Assembly (NCBI GenBank): GCA_038087875.1
Contig: CM075989.1
Coordinates: 12,340,001 to 12,404,000 of the forward strand
Direction: 5' to 3'
Length of the DNA stretch: 64,000 nt
Source: Malacoraja senta
Taxonomy: Eukaryota
The notes beneath the pieces are model-generated. The model was not told the DNA's origin. It saw only the letters and a program-made list of their open reading frames with translations, and searched no databases. The position numbers were made by a program, and so were the translations under genes. Positions 11,499 to 25,926 of the stretch are shown one piece after another; position 1 is the first letter of the stretch; every line of letters begins with the position of its first letter.

Positions 11499-13081
11499 CT
11501 GTGATTTAAAAACAAATGCAACATCTGTTGGGATGTATAAATAGTCCAGACTTTGTCAATTTGGTTTCATAATAGAGATATAAATCAGCAGGTAGACACA
11601 GAATTCTGGAGTAACTCAGCGGGTCAGGCAGCATCTGTGGAGAGAAGGAATGAGTGAATAAATCAGCAACTCGAGGAGGTAAAATATCCTACTATTATTG
11701 GTGTGATTTTAAAGCTCCGACTTTATTTCCAATCTACCAACTCGATGTTTTGTCAAGGCCATCATCTAAGCCGTGGCTAAGACATTTGCATTCTTTTTCT
11801 TATTTCATCCTGCTATTGACTCACCAAATAAACTAGGAATCTCCCACCATGATTATGCAGCTCAACTAAAAGGTTCAAAAATCTAGTCTCCCGTTAGAAG
11901 CCAGCAATGTGTCTGAAAAATATTTGGCCTTCACAAAGGAGAAGTGTATGTTACAAGTGACTGTATAGAGAGCAGATCTAAAAACATTTAAAGTCACACA
12001 ACTTTAATCCTGATGTGTAACAAAGGAACCACTCTCCTTCCCTGCAGTTTCAGTGAAACATTATTGATTTTTAAAAGTATTTCTCCCAATCAACTTGAGG
12101 TCACGTGTAGCTGATGTAAAGGTATACAACGTTTTAAAAATGAAAAACTTGCAGTTGTAGAATTCCTTCGATAAGACTTTATAAAGTACTTTATAGTCGA
12201 TAGGTATGCCCACTGTTGCAATACTCAAAATATATTGATTATAAAATACATTTCTCTTCTGATCTCTTCTTAAACCATTGGCTGTCTGAGGGCCATTCTA
12301 TAGGCACTATTGATCTAATGCCTTGCCCAAGAGTCCATTCTTTATGATTAAACTTGGATGAAATGTGCCTCACCAGTTTTCTTTCCAAGAGAGAACACTG
12401 GAAGGGTACATGATCAGGTCTGTGCCCTTGAGATAAAGATAGGTATTTATTCAGGAGCACAGAATCCAACAGTAACACCCCCTCCCTGCTGATATAACTC
12501 TGGCTCATCATCTAGTTCAGAACATCCCAAATCCAAGATTTCTTTAATCCCTTCACTCTCCTTTACTCTTAGGATTTTATAAATAGTAAAATAGAGTATT
12601 ATCTTGAAACATGTAAGAAGGAACTGGCCTGATTTAAATTATTGTTGATAATCTTCTGACAAGAATGTGGGAAAATCATTTAAGGGAGTCATTCCAGACA
12701 CCTCCCATTAGAAGCTGTTGGCCCACTGTGTTCATGTCAGCACCCAGTCATCCCTTAAACCCTTGCAGTAGCCAATTTGCCTCCCAACCAGCATGTTTTT
12801 GCAATGTGGGATGAAACCGGAGAACCCAGAGGAAAGCCACATGGCCACAGGGATGAATGTGCAAACCACACACAGTATCAAACCAGTTCATAGGCGCTGT
12901 GAGAAAGGTGTATTGACTTACCCTAATATTCCAACAACATAAGGAAATGGGAGGAGTAAGCCACGGCCCCTTTAGCCTCCACCACTTTCCAATATGATCA
13001 TGCCTGATCCTTGCTGACTTCACCACATTGATGTTAGCTCCCCATAGTCCTCAATTCCTTGATCTTTCAAATAATTGCCAT

Positions 13082-13409
13082 GGCCCTATCCTAAGGTATG
13101 AGTTCATTCCAAGAGCTCTCCCGAGTTTGCCCTGATTCGAACTCGGAGATTTACGGTAATGGCCGCTCGTCGGTACTCGGGGCTCTCGTGGACATTTTTC
13201 AACATGTTGAAAAATCTTCACGAGTCTTCCTGAGCTTACCTGCCGTTAGCGAGTTTTCCCGAGTACCTGCCGTTAGCGTTATGAGCCGCTAAGAGACGTC
13301 CCCGAGCTCCGACGTACCCGCTACGTTCATTCTCCGTGCTTACCACGAGTTTGATTTTTTTTAAACTCGGGAGAGCTCTTGGAATGAACTCGTACCGTGG
13401 GACAGGGCC
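13082..13409. mobile_element. Non-autonomous TIR element (PIF/Harbinger-like MITE)
   Basis: ~47-bp imperfect TIRs (GGCCCT..CC..GGTA.GAGTTCATTCCAAGAGCTCTCCCGAGTTT); central palindrome atttttcaacatgttgaaaaat; CpG-rich. Confidence 0.8.
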
Positions 13410-13519
13410 ATTGGTCTCTTCCTTAAATATACCTAATGACATGGAACCATCTTTCTTAAGGGTTGGGAATCCCAGAGATTCTCCACTCTCCGAGAGAAGT
13501 TGTTGCTATACTAGGTATT

Positions 13520-14385
13520 GTTGAGAAAGCAGGGACTCTGCGGAAGGGTTGGGAGAATGGACAGAGAAGTGGCAGATGGAATATGGTGTAGCAAAGTGTG
13601 GAGTCATGCATTTTGGTTGTAGGTATAAAGGTGTAGACTATTTTCTAAATGGAGACGGAATTCAGAAATTGGAGGCGCAAAGGGACTTGCGAGTGCAGGA
13701 TTTCCAAAAATTTAATCTGCAAGTCGAATCAATAGTATAGAAAGCAAACTCAATGCTAGCATTTATTTCAAGAGGGCTAGTATACAAAAACAAGGATGTA
13801 ATGTTGAGGCTGTATAAGGCGCTGTTAAGGCTGCATTTGGAATATTGTGAGCAATTTTGGGCACCATATCTGAGGAAGGATGTGCTGGCTCCGGATAAGG
13901 TCCAGAGGAGGTTTACAAGAATGATCCCACGAATAAGTAGGTTAACCTATGATGAGCGTTTGTCAGCACTGGGCCTGTACTCGCTGGAGTTTGGAAGAAT
14001 GGAACCTCAATGAAATATACAGAATAATGAAAGGCTTGGATAGAGTGGAGATGGAGAGGATGTTTCCACTGATGGGAGAGTCCAGGACTAGAAGTCATTG
14101 CCTCATAATTAAAGGGCATTCTTTTAGGAAGGAGACGAGGAGTAATGCCTTTAGTCAGAGGTTGTTGAATCTGTGGAATTCTTTGCCACAGAAGGCTGTG
14201 GAGGCCAAGTCAGTGGATAATTTTATGGCAGAAAAAGATAGATTCTTGAGTGGTACAGGTGTCAGAGGTTATGGGGAGAAGGCAGAAGAATGGGGTTAAG
14301 AGGGGAAGATAGATCAGCCATGATTGAATGGCAGAGTAGACTTGATGGGCTGAATGGCCTAATTCTACTCCGATCACTATGACTT
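13520..14385 (+). mobile_element. CR1 LINE 3' fragment
   Basis: KWQMEY..KC.VMHFG and LYKAL.R.HLEYC.QFWAP peptides. Confidence 0.9.
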
Positions 14386-15877
14386 TATCCTAGGAATTAG
14401 CCCAGCAAATCTTCTCTGAACTGCCTCTCTCATTCGTTGTCAAAACCAACATTGAATAGGGGGAGAAGAATCAATTTGTCACAACCTTTACCTCTTGAAT
14501 ACAAATCCTGCTCAGGCCAGAGTCGTCAGAGAAAAGGGAGGAATTTGGATGAAATTCTATTTACATAGATCCCATATATATAACTCATTTACCGTGGAGC
14601 AAACCTCTGGGTGGAGCTACCCTGATTTTTTATGTTGTTACTTGGTTCCAATGGATTATGAGTCATATTATTGGTACTGTATGTGACAATAAAACATTAT
14701 GAACATCGTCAACTGTATAAAGAGGACATTAATCAGTCTTACTTTTGGCCCCTATCAATATTGGTTTTTAAAATCCATAGTGGGGCCTTGACTCAGCGTT
14801 TCAGCAGCACCATCTGGCAAAGCTTCTGCTGCACGACTATCACCGTTGCTTTTGAATCCCATGGCCTCACTCCTTACTTTATCTAATAGATCTCCTCAGT
14901 GAGAGTGAGAGCAAGTGAGACTGAGAGAGCAAATGGGAGAGAGAGCAAGCATGGGAGGGAACGGAGGAGGGAGCGCTCGAGAGCTATGTGCACCGCAATC
15001 TCATGAGATTTGTAAACTCTCTCAAATCCTCCCTCTTATACTTTGCCAATTCCACTGGCACATAACGGTGATCATGGTCATGCCCAAAATTAAACCTTTC
15101 TGCCTCTATCCTGATTTCTTTCTTAAAAATTTACCTCATTGACCAAACAATTTGGACATCTGTGCAAATTTCTTATCATATTGTTCAACTGTCAAATCTC
15201 AACTGTTAAAGTTCCCTTAAATAATTTGTGTGTTTTATTATGTCACAATAACCAAATGATTGTAAATTAATCAAATAAAAAGCTCCACTACAAGATGTTC
15301 ACATTAAAAATGATTTTTCAAAATAACTTTTTTATTAATTGTGTGTTCATTGCAAATATACAATCTAATCCAGTTTTGAAATCGTCATTCCCATAAGTTA
15401 GCATGGAAAACCTGTCAGACAACTCACAGGCATCTGCAATGCAGTGTTAGGCACAAGCACTGACTAATGCAGCCTGAACACTGCATAACACAGAGGCTTA
15501 ATGGAATGAATGCTGCAGTGAATGTGTGGGTGTTTTTGCAGAAAAAATAATCTTATTTCACTACCAATGCACGTACCAATGGTGGGAATATTCAACATTT
15601 CAAGATGACCTTTCACTCGGAAAATAATTGTGAAAAAATATTTTCCAGGCATTATTTAAAAGACATAAAAAGATCCTGTTATAACTGAACTTAATTAATG
15701 TTCAGATATGGGAGCCTTGTAAAGGAAAAACATAAGAGAAATCAGCACAGATGGGCACAATACTTGTTGCAAAATGAAGCCCTCAACAAGTTCCACAATG
15801 TAATATCATACTATTACATTGCTTTTATCTACTCCACAACCTTACAAAAAAAAAGAAATATATATAATATTGTTTAC

Positions 15878-16032
15878 CGTAATGATAAAAGAGATCCTCT
15901 GAACAGGAGCCAGTAGAAAAATAAAGGGCATTGGACATTGCCTGCGTGGCCATGGATCGCAAGAGTTTATTCACCAGAGGATCATCTGGATCTTCTGCCA
16001 TGTCTAGTGAATCTGCCAGAGCTTTGTTGGAG
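15878..16032 (-). CDS. DIS3L: DIS3L exon 13
   Basis: [51 protein letters not shown]; 155 nt. Confidence 0.97.
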
Positions 16033-16850
16033 CTAAAAATTACCAATGTAAATTTTAAAAATTAGTATTGTTTTTTTACAAACATCTGTGAACACAAAGA
16101 AGAATCGGAAAGATAGAAATCAGAAAAACTCCTACTACAAATTAATTCTTTACCGGATCCCAGAACTGTGGTCCACTCTTCTCTTCCCCTCACCAAATTT
16201 TCTTATTATAACTTTTAAATTGGTTGTCATCCAATTGTCATGAATTGGACAACCTAATAGCTGAAAGCACAGTTCAGGTTTTACCAGAAGTAACATTTCT
16301 GTAAAATAGGCTCAGGATTTTCTACCTCTTCCTAAATGCAACCAAGGGGCAATGGTTAAATCAGTCTTATTTTTCTTTGTTTGTTTTTTCTGGATATAGA
16401 TGCTGTTGGAATAGCCAGCGTTTATGCCAGTCTTTAATTGCCCTTGAAAAGGTGGAGTGAGCTGCACTCCTGGATACTGCAATCCTTCTGGTGAAGTTGC
16501 TTCACAGTGCTGTTGAACAGAGCAATCTGGGATTCAAACTCAATGAAAGGACATTGGAATGTTTTCAGGTCAGAACAGTGAACAAATTTGAGGGAAACCT
16601 GCAGATGGCAGTATTTTCATGCACCTGCTGTTCCCGTCTTTGGTGCTACAGGGTTTAAGAAATACTGGCAGAGTAGTGTATGCGAGTTATTGTAGTGCAG
16701 TTTGTAGATGGCAAAAATGATAGGCTGTTAACGGGCTATGCATTGACTCAAAGCATGAGGATTTCATTGACATAAGAAACCAAGAGCTACTGTATGATCT
16801 TTCTCCATAAATGAAAACATGCAAACTGGCACTTCCTATCCATACCTTAC

Positions 16851-17381
16851 CGTGTGTCTATTTTGAATCTCTTTGCCTTTGCACACTCAACCAGTGCAGC
16901 GAAGGACTCCTGTCGTGGTGGAGGATGGCATCGTAGCAAGCCTTGGTGAGGCAAGTTCTCAGTAATTTTCTTTGCTACCCAGTGGTTTGCCATAATCATG
17001 CATTCTGCTACAGTCTCATGCACCTCCAGGGGTTGTTTGGGCACCAGGTCACTGATGTTCTTCTTCTCATCTAACTGTACTCGGATTTCAAAATCCTCCA
17101 ACTCTAGGCCACCTTCAAGGGAGCGCTTTGTCCGGGTGCGACGAGCTATTTCAGTCAGCTTCTCCACTGCCCATATCAAGTCATTCAACCTTCTACATTT
17201 TTCTTTCTCTTCAAGCCCTTTGAGCTCAGGGATATCCACAACATTGCGATCCCCATCCAACAAGGCTTGAGCTGCTTCATAGAATATCTTGTAAGTAGAC
17301 CTTATAATGGTTCGTCCAAACCACACTTTAAGGACTTCATAATTAGTTTTATCTAATTCCCATAACACACTGACTGCATAC
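16851..17381 (-). CDS. DIS3L: DIS3L exon 12
   Basis: [11 protein letters not shown]...[16 protein letters not shown]...LLRCHPPP...IDT; 531 nt. Confidence 0.97.
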
Positions 17382-17818
17382 CTTAAAAAGACAATGAATA
17401 TGGACAATTAGCTTGCAGCTTGAAAGATGAATTAAAACTACAAATACCATGCAGTAAATTAATGACAATTAAGAATGAATCTAGCATTCTAGCATAGTTA
17501 AAAGGTGGCCAAAGTCCTGCTGATGTTTAACAATGGTGCCACAATTCCTTCCTGCAGCAGGATTGTGATGGCAACAGGAGTTCAGTGGAAGCAGTAAATA
17601 AAAGTCTGACACTATCCTCTGTAGGAGAGGGATAAAATGAACAAACAATAATTTGATTGAGCATCCTTAGCCTCCTCTCCAGAATTCCAATGAAATGTAG
17701 TTATAAAGTTCCAGCATTAAATATGCAAAGTTTCCTGCTTCCTCTCCCTGGGCAAAAATATAAATACATCCTTCCTTTGTAAAAAATGAGATTGGCTTCA
17801 GATATCATTGAGACTCAC

Positions 17819-17911
17819 CTGTCAGCACCCCCAAGTAAAGAACATCGATCAGCACTTAGGATGGCAGGTAACATGTCATAGCGTCTGTCTGCTAAATAAC
17901 AAGTTGTTGCC
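17819..17911 (-). CDS. DIS3L: DIS3L exon 11
   Basis: [30 protein letters not shown]; 93 nt. Confidence 0.96.
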
Positions 17912-18345
17912 CTGTAAAGAAAGTAGTTTGCATCAATATTAATTTTGTGGCCAAAATGTATAACAACTTTGCTGAAAAATACTCAAGGGTCACATTGACA
18001 TAACCCAAGAACAGGATCTTGTGGCAGGTGCTCAATACACTTTCATTGTGAACTTGTATATCTAAAGCAATGTCCCCATCTACAGCCTGCTGTGTTCAGG
18101 TCTGAGATCTGAAGCTGTCCAGACCCAGCTGCTTCCTTTGCTTCCCACCAGTAACATTATCGGCGTGACCCAGAATGGCTGCTCTACATACCAGAAAAAA
18201 AAAATGGATATAGAAATTCCAAAAACATTTTCTATAAGTAAATTATCTTTTATTGTAAGGAGTACTTTGAATGAAAATTATTCCTCCTAGGTTTATTTCA
18301 GCTTCGATCATTTGAGCGTTTATTATGATTTTTATTTCGCCATAC

Positions 18346-18593
18346 CTCGATCGAGCCTCCAGATCTGTGTATGAATTTAATTTGACGAAGTGCGTGACAT
18401 CTGCAATATGAACGCCCAGCTCCAAATTTTCATTTGCTAATTTGCGAACAGACAGTGCATCATCCACGTCTTCACAGTCCTTGGGGTCGATGCTGAAGAC
18501 CAGGTGAGTGTTTCTTAAATCCACTCGCCTGCCTTGCTCCTCTGCATCAACCTTCCAGGGATTCTCAGGAGTGTTCACTGGTATTTCACGCAG
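18346..18593 (-). CDS. DIS3L: DIS3L exon 10 (RNB catalytic motif)
   Basis: [13 protein letters not shown]...[19 protein letters not shown]...[10 protein letters not shown]; 248 nt. Confidence 0.97.
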
Positions 18594-19697
18594 CTGAAAA
18601 AGTGGAAAAAACAAGCTGAAATATTTAGATTGGTTTTTATACCTTTATATCCGAACAATATTTTTCTGTTAAAATTAAGACAGAAATACTTTCCCTGGAA
18701 AAGTTACTGGAATGAAGGAAAGATGAACCTTGAGCATCCCTTCTAAGGGATTAGAAGAGAGGATAACTGCCCTTCAGTTTTTGCTCTTCCCCAGATATTG
18801 TGCCTGACATTGGTAAATTCACTACTGTGAACTGTGGAGAAAAAAATAAACGCATTGAGCCACAGGCAGCAATTTATAACACCACTTCTAAACTGCTAAT
18901 GTGGGCGTATGGTTTTTCTCCAGGACACAGATTTGCCACAACTATATTCTGAGACTTGAACGTTCTCTCATGAATTTTCTGAAAGGCTTCAAAAGGCTCA
19001 AAGAGTAGCACGTTTCACAGCAAGTTATTTTCTTTTTTCTAAATATTACTTTTTTTCTCAAAGTGCTGGAGGAACTCAACAGGTCTGAGAGCATCTGTAG
19101 AGGGAATGGTGACGTTTTGGATCAGACAGGAAGGTCCAAATCCGATGTCGTCAGTCCATTCCCTCCATGGATGTTGTCTGACCTGCTGATATTCCAGCAT
19201 CTACAGTTCACTGTGTTTCTACAAATTAGTGGTGTAAATGACGAGTGTGTTTCTGATTGTGGCTGTCAATAATCAGGTATCAGCCAGACATCAGTAGAAA
19301 CTCCACAGTACCCATATTAGCATCTTCACAATGAGGCAGACAAAACCTTGTTTAGAGATGGACTCTCCAACAGTGTTGCACACTCTCAGAAAGGGGTGAA
19401 GTATTAGCCTAGATTTAACATTAAATTGGAGGGTTTGAATGTGACGCTGAAACCAATGAGTTAATTTGATTTGCAACTTTTAACATACAAATATTTTTAG
19501 TGTTTAATAAACTGATAAGCTCCTTCAACACAGAAATCACCATACCTAAACACAATCTCAGCATATATGTGCAATCAATAATTTCCTTTGTCATACATTT
19601 TAAAACTGGATAAAACCACATGTACAATTCAACTGTTTACAACAATAATTAAGGAATCACGTCTCTTACATCACGTACAATGAACACTAAGATTTAC

Positions 19698-19859
19698 CTG
19701 GGCTTCAGAGAAAGGGCCAATCGAAATGCCGTTTTCAACAAGAATAGCTGCAATTTCTGTCTCTAAATCACCAGCTCTTCCAAGAACCTTCACAAAATGT
19801 CCATTGGGATAAAGAGATGTAGAATCCCAGGAATCAATTCGTACAATAATTCGGAAATT
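19698..19859 (-). CDS. DIS3L: DIS3L exon 9 (CSD2)
   Basis: [54 protein letters not shown]; 162 nt. Confidence 0.96.
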
Positions 19860-21012
19860 CTATGTGATTGGGGAATAAAAAAGATTAAGTATTCTGTATG
19901 AAGCCATTACATCACTGAACAGGTTCATTCTTTTATGTAAGCATATGATTTAAACAGAGTGCAGCAACTTGCTTTATTGCAGGTGCTTTTTTGCTTGATT
20001 AAAAGTTCTAAAACAGGAGTCTCAGCTGTATTTTATATTTGGGTTTGGTATAAAGAAAGAAAACATAAAACCATTAGGAATCACACATTAGTTTTACACT
20101 TCATATAAAATTAGTTCCTTGTGTTTTCAAACTTTAAATGGCGTTAGTCCACTAAACACATATTAAAAATAAGTGAAATTTAAATGTTTTGTCTTATCTC
20201 AGGAGTTCAACATAACCAAATGGAAAATAGATAAAATGATTCTTTAGTCAGAGGGTGGTGAATCTATGGAATTCTTTGCCACAGAAGGCTATGGAGGCCA
20301 AGTAAGTGGATATATTTAAGGTAGCTATAGATTCTTGATTAGTACAGGTATCAGATGTTATGGGGAGAAGGCAGGAGAATGGGGTTAGGAGGGAGAGATA
20401 GATCAGTTATGATTGAATGGCGGAGTAGACTTGATGGGCCAAATGGCTTAATTCTGCTGTTATCACTTATGATCTTATGATTCACTTGAATAGTCAAGAT
20501 TGGTATAGAGATTAATTTATGGGAAATAATCTATTTTTAATGTCCACAATTAAGTGAATGGAATAAAGCACAATCCCTGAGACTATGACCAGATGGTGTT
20601 CCAGATTTAGTTGCATTGGGCATTGTGTTGGTTCTTCTCAGCTGGTTCGGTGTAAAAAGTGCTACATCTGACTTAACAACCTAGGATTAGAAAGACAAAA
20701 GTAAACCAGCACTCCTGGCTGAGATTTCTATCCACTGCTCCGCATCAGGAAGTATACACATCTGGATCAGCAGTGAGCTATGAAAACGATAGCTTGGTTT
20801 GTTGGGGCTGTGAGTAAACCAAATATGAACAAAAAGTTTAAAAAACAAGGACTATCATAGCATTAGAAAACGAGCATTAAGGAACATCAATTCTAAGGAG
20901 TGGAATTTAGAATGACTCAGTCCACGAAAATTATGCAGATATGGTCTTCACAATGTTCATAAAACATTATAAATTATATTACTTTTTAAAAGAGTAAATT
21001 TATGACATTTAC

Positions 21013-21182
21013 CTGCAGTGATTCAGCTTGCTGAGTGCTGATCCTTATTTTAGGAATTCTGTAATCCCAAGGCGTAACTAGGATCTTCCGAACATTTTTA
21101 CCCTGAGATTGTATGTCTTCTTTGGGCGGAAAGGTCACAACATAATCTCGCCAATTGCGCTGAATAATGCCAACAACCTTAC
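21013..21182 (-). CDS. DIS3L: DIS3L exon 8
   Basis: [20 protein letters not shown]...[22 protein letters not shown]; 170 nt. Confidence 0.96.
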
Positions 21183-21341
21183 CTATAAAAAAAAGATACT
21201 TAGTCTGAATCCTTTAATTTGTTTTTGCCTCATATTGAGTTAATATTCATTAAAACAAAAAAAATGAATGATCTCATGTATAATGTGATTTAACTATAGA
21301 ACTTACAACGTGGTCCTACCCCTTCACCTGTCCCTATTATA

Positions 21342-21522
21342 CAGTGCCCTCCATAATGTTTGGGACAAAGACCCATCATTTATTTATTTGCCTCTGTGCT
21401 CCACAATTTAAATTTGTAATAGAAAAAAAATCACATGTGGTTAAAGTGCAAATTGTCAGATTTTATTAAAGGCCATTTTTATACATTTTGGTTTCACCAT
21501 GTAGAAATTAGAGCTGTGTTTA
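21342..21522 (+). mobile_element. Truncated left TIR of the same Tc1 family as 6884-9892
   Basis: TA followed by CAGTGCCCTCCATAATGTTTGGGACAAAGACC..., near-identical to 6884 onward, breaking off into C-rich low-complexity sequence. Confidence 0.9.
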
Positions 21523-21820
21523 CCCTCACCCCCCTCCCCCTCACCCCCCCCTCCCTCCCACACACACACCCTTCCCCCACCCACCCATCCCCCACACACA
21601 CCCTTCTCCCTCATCCTCTCTCCCCCTCCCACATCCTCCCTCCCCCCACACCCCCCCTTCCCCGCCCACATCCTCTCTCCTCCCTCCTCTCCCCACCACC
21701 CACCCTCCTCCACATCCCCCCTCCCACCCACACGTCGCTCCCCTGCCACACCCCCCCTCCCCCCACACGACTCTTCCCCCTCTCCTACACTCGCCGCCCA
21801 CACACCCCCTCCCCTCCCTG
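21523..21820. repeat. C-rich low-complexity tract
   Basis: Poly-C/CT/CA runs. Confidence 0.9.
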
Positions 21821-22234
21821 GGGAGCTTTCTTGAATGTGACTGTGTTAAACATTCAGAACAAAGATGGATGAAGAAATTTCTTCCCAGAGTGTGATGGGT
21901 CTTTGGAATTCTCCACCCAAGAGGACCCTGGAGGCTCAGTCACTGAGTTTATTCAAATTACAGATCAATAGATTTTTGGACTTAAAAGAATCAAGAGATA
22001 TTAGATTAATGCAATAAAATGGATCTGAGGTAAACGATGCCATGATCTTATTGAATGGGTTGTACAGGCACAAGGTTCAAATGGCCTATTTATGCATTTC
22101 TTTGTTATGTCTTTATAAGAAACGACTGCTTATATACATGATTGAGCAGGGAAAAGAAAACTAAAGCAATTTAAAAAATGTCCAAAGATAATACTTAAAA
22201 TATTTGGTTGCGTACTTTACCATTAAGCTCATAC

Positions 22235-22414
22235 CTGTAGGCATTGGCTCAGTTTCGGTTTCCTCAGTGGCTTTCTCCTCAGATTCATTCTCACACAGTA
22301 TTGAAGCTCTACCTTTCCATTCATTCCTTGGCAGTAACTCAACAGCTACCACATCTCCCTCGATAGCACGATTTCGAGCCTTTGTGCCACAGATAAGTAT
22401 GTCTGTTTCCAGTT
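22235..22414 (-). CDS. DIS3L: DIS3L exon 7 (CSD1)
   Basis: [34 protein letters not shown]...EPMPT; 180 nt; preceded by an 82-nt intron. Confidence 0.96.
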
Positions 22415-22496
22415 CTAAGAGACACAAACAACACACTTTTACAAACAAATCAATTTTGGCAAAAATATTTATTTTAAAAAGATTTTAAAAAGTTAC

Positions 22497-22575
22497 CTGA
22501 TCTTTTATTAGGTAATCCCTGAATGCGAACAAAGGCTTCCAACTGAGATCTGTGCTTGTTGACATTTACAATACC
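22497..22575 (-). CDS. DIS3L: DIS3L exon 6
   Basis: GIVNVNKHRSQLEAFVRIQGLPNKRS; 79 nt. Confidence 0.95.
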
Positions 22576-23892
22576 CTAAAACCATAAAGAAATCTGCTAA
22601 TATGTACATTAAACGTAAGAGAATTGAGAAACAGTGGAATTATTTTACAGCACAAATTTCACTGTTTGCTGTGTGCCATTTGCATTTTTTCAATATTATT
22701 GACGAAAAGAAAAAACTGACTGGAAGTATTTAATTTAATACATTGCTGAAACTCAGTTAACATTAGCAGACAAATATTCACTCGGGATAGTTTCTGTGAT
22801 CTCATCTTTTTTCAACCATTTTGACTAAAATGTTGTAAATTGTTAAGGTAAAATACATGCTGGCTACATGCTATTCTACACTCCCACTTTATATATCAAA
22901 TGCAGCTACTTATTAAATGACATTAAAGACTAAAACATTAAAGACAATAAGGCAATGCGATCAGCTTCTGTGCAAAGTTGTTGAGCTGCACAGAGTTCAT
23001 CGTATGTCAGTCATGGACGGAGGTCCTTCGGCCCAGAGTCCGTTTTAACCATCTGTACAAATTTCTTTCATGACACAAGAGGACAATAAAATAAAAGACG
23101 ACAATAAAATAGAAGCCAACAGACTCTTCAAGTCTGCCCCCACCCCCTCTTATTTAATAGGATTATGGATGATCTACACAAGCCTCAATTCGTCTTCTGT
23201 GCCATTTCTCCACGCTCTATTTTTCGATCTTACAAATATTTACCTACATCCATTTTAAATGCTTCTAATGATCCAGTTCTCACACTCGCCAAAGCAGTGA
23301 ATTCCAGAGATTCAACTCCCTCAGCAAGAAGTAGTATCTACAGACCTCAGTTTTAAATGACCAGCCCCTTATCTTGGAGTCAATGTCCCTCGTTTAAGCT
23401 CCCACAGGTGGAATCAGACTAATATCTATCCTGTCTTGGAATGTTATATGTTTGAATAAGGTCACTCCTCATTCTTCTAAACTTCAAGGAATATAGGCCC
23501 AAACTAGTCTCTCTTGGTAGGGTATCTCTCTCATCCTAGGAAATAGAAAAATGCTACTATATATTTTTTGTAGGCACTTCCCACATTTCCATCATTCTCC
23601 CCTTCCCTTCCCCAGATTTTACCACCCACATATTCTAAGAGCAACTTAAAGTGATCAAGTAACCTACCAACGTGCTTGTCTTCGGGAGGAAACCAGAGCA
23701 CCTGAAAGGAACTCACATGGTCACAGGAAGACCATGCAAACTTCTCATTGGCATTGAAAGTCATGATTGAGCTTGAGACATTGGTGCTGCGAGGCAACAT
23801 TTCTACCAGCTCTATTACTGTCTATCGTAGTGCGCACTGGGTTCAAACATGAGTTCACGACTGCCATTTCAAAACCAAATGTGTCAGTTTAC

Positions 23893-24069
23893 CTGAATAT
23901 ATCTCCCAGATTTGATACCAGCCTCCAGTATTTCCAAAGGCAGATGTTCCAAATATTCCTTTCCATTCTTCTCCTGAATTTCATTCTCTCTTTCTTTCCG
24001 AGACTGAACAATAGACTCATACAGCTCGTGCACTGCTTCCAGGTCAGGCCAAAAATTCTCCAAGTAGCT
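23893..24069 (-). CDS. DIS3L: DIS3L exon 5
   Basis: [16 protein letters not shown]...[12 protein letters not shown]; 177 nt. Confidence 0.96.
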
Positions 24070-24808
24070 CTATAAAGAAAAAACCCGATAAACGTGATTG
24101 TAGCATGCTCATCAGCATTTCATTGCTTACAAATACAAAATTGCAAAGTCTGCATAAAATGCAACACAGGATTAAAATATATGTACAGAAAGACTTAAGA
24201 GTAACAAACTGTCACAAATTAGCATCTTTCTGTTGTGAAGGTTTGAATCTACCCAGATGAAAATGTTCATTTACTGGTGCTGGATGATGTTCATTAAATA
24301 ATGCCCAATAGACACAACCAAAACATTCACTCCAACTAGAAACGAATGACTGAAATGGGAAAGATGCCACTGATGAAACTGAGACAGTTCAAATGGGATA
24401 AAGCTTACTAATGGATAGGATAGAACATGTTTAATTCAATTCTACCACTACTATGCCAGTCAGTGATGCCCAATTCATTTTACATTCGAGTCTTTTTGAA
24501 GATACCTGACAATTCACAATCTGTAAGTAAACTTCCAAAATCCCAAAATTAGACCAAATTTTGTCATGTTTTACCCAAGAAAAGCCTTTTTTTGCAAATA
24601 GTTTTATCTTGTTTATTTGGGATCTAAATCCAAGTTTATACTGAATAAATATTTTCAGTAACGCTACTGCCATCTGGGGACAACCATAGGAATTACGAAC
24701 AAAAATATTATACCATATTCCAAATATTGTTTCTCCAGCAGAGATTTTTGCTTATATTGTAGTATTCATTTAACTAATTTGTGTAATTGAAATTAAAAAG
24801 GTTGAATC

Positions 24809-24809
24809 T

Positions 24810-24852
<43 letters not shown>

Positions 24853-25148
24853 CAGAGAGAGAGACAGAGAGAGAGAGACAGAGAGAGAGACAGACACAGA
24901 GAGAGACAGAGAGACACACATAGAAAGAGACAGACACAGAGAGACACACAGAGAGAGACAGACACAGAGAGAGACAGACACAAAGAGAGACAGACACAGA
25001 GAGACAGAGAGAGACAGACAGAGAGAGACACAGAGAGAGAGAGAGAGACAGACAGAGAGAGACAGAGAGAGAGAGAGACAGAGAGAGAGAGAGACAGAGA
25101 GAGACAGAGACACATAGAGAGACAGACACAGAGAGAGAGCGAGAGACA

Positions 25149-25243
<95 letters not shown>
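24809..25243. repeat. (GA)n/(GACA)n compound microsatellite
   Basis: Directly visible. Confidence 0.97.
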
Positions 25244-25246
<3 letters not shown>

Positions 25247-25926
25247 TATAAATTGGCAGACTATCTCTCAACTGTTAGAGACATAAAACAGAGACAGACC
25301 CTCACCAAATACAGGCTAAGTGACCACTATTTGGCAGTTGAAAAAGGAAGACAGAAGAGATTCTGGCAACCAAGAGAAAACAGAATATGCGGCCACTGTT
25401 TGACAGATGAGGTTGAAACAGAGGTGCACTTCCTCATAAAATGCAAAAAAATTGACAAAACAAGGAAAACATACTTTGACAAACTCAATCTGGCAACCCC
25501 TGATTTTAAAGAACTAGATGATACATCAAAACTAAGAATAATCCTTGGTGAAGGAAATACGGCACATCTTGGTGCACAATACGTAACAGCATGCCATAAC
25601 CTGAGAGACGGTGAATGACCAATATGCGCGTATGTACGCACACACTAATTGACATTAACTGACACTAAGAAATTAATATTGAATTGCTAAACTTGCTATC
25701 CTGTTGTACTGCTTACGGCTGCAAGAACGTGTAGCAATCAATAAAGGGCTATAGGCCTCTTGCGAGTTTATGTACAGGGACATATCTATCCATGCACTGT
25801 ACACTTGTATTTATACTTATGCATTTTAAATATGTATGTCATGTTTTATACTTTGGCAATATAACAATGTATTTTTTATCATGCCAATAAAGTTTTTAAC
25901 TTGAAATTGAAATTGAAAATTGAATT
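25244..25926 (+). mobile_element. 3' end of an RTE-X-like LINE embedded in (GA)n
   Basis: ORF end LTKYRLSDH.LAVEKGR...ICGHC...ETEVHFLIKC (CCHC); AATAAA then (TTGAAA)n tail; GA repeats on both sides. Confidence 0.7.

Noticed and set aside
12239..12511. 90-aa minus-strand ORF in DIS3L intron 13
   Set aside because: No recognisable motif, and DIS3L is complete without it.
24770..25271. ORFs of 100-165 aa with SLSL or ERER repeats
   Set aside because: Translations of the GA/GACA microsatellite.
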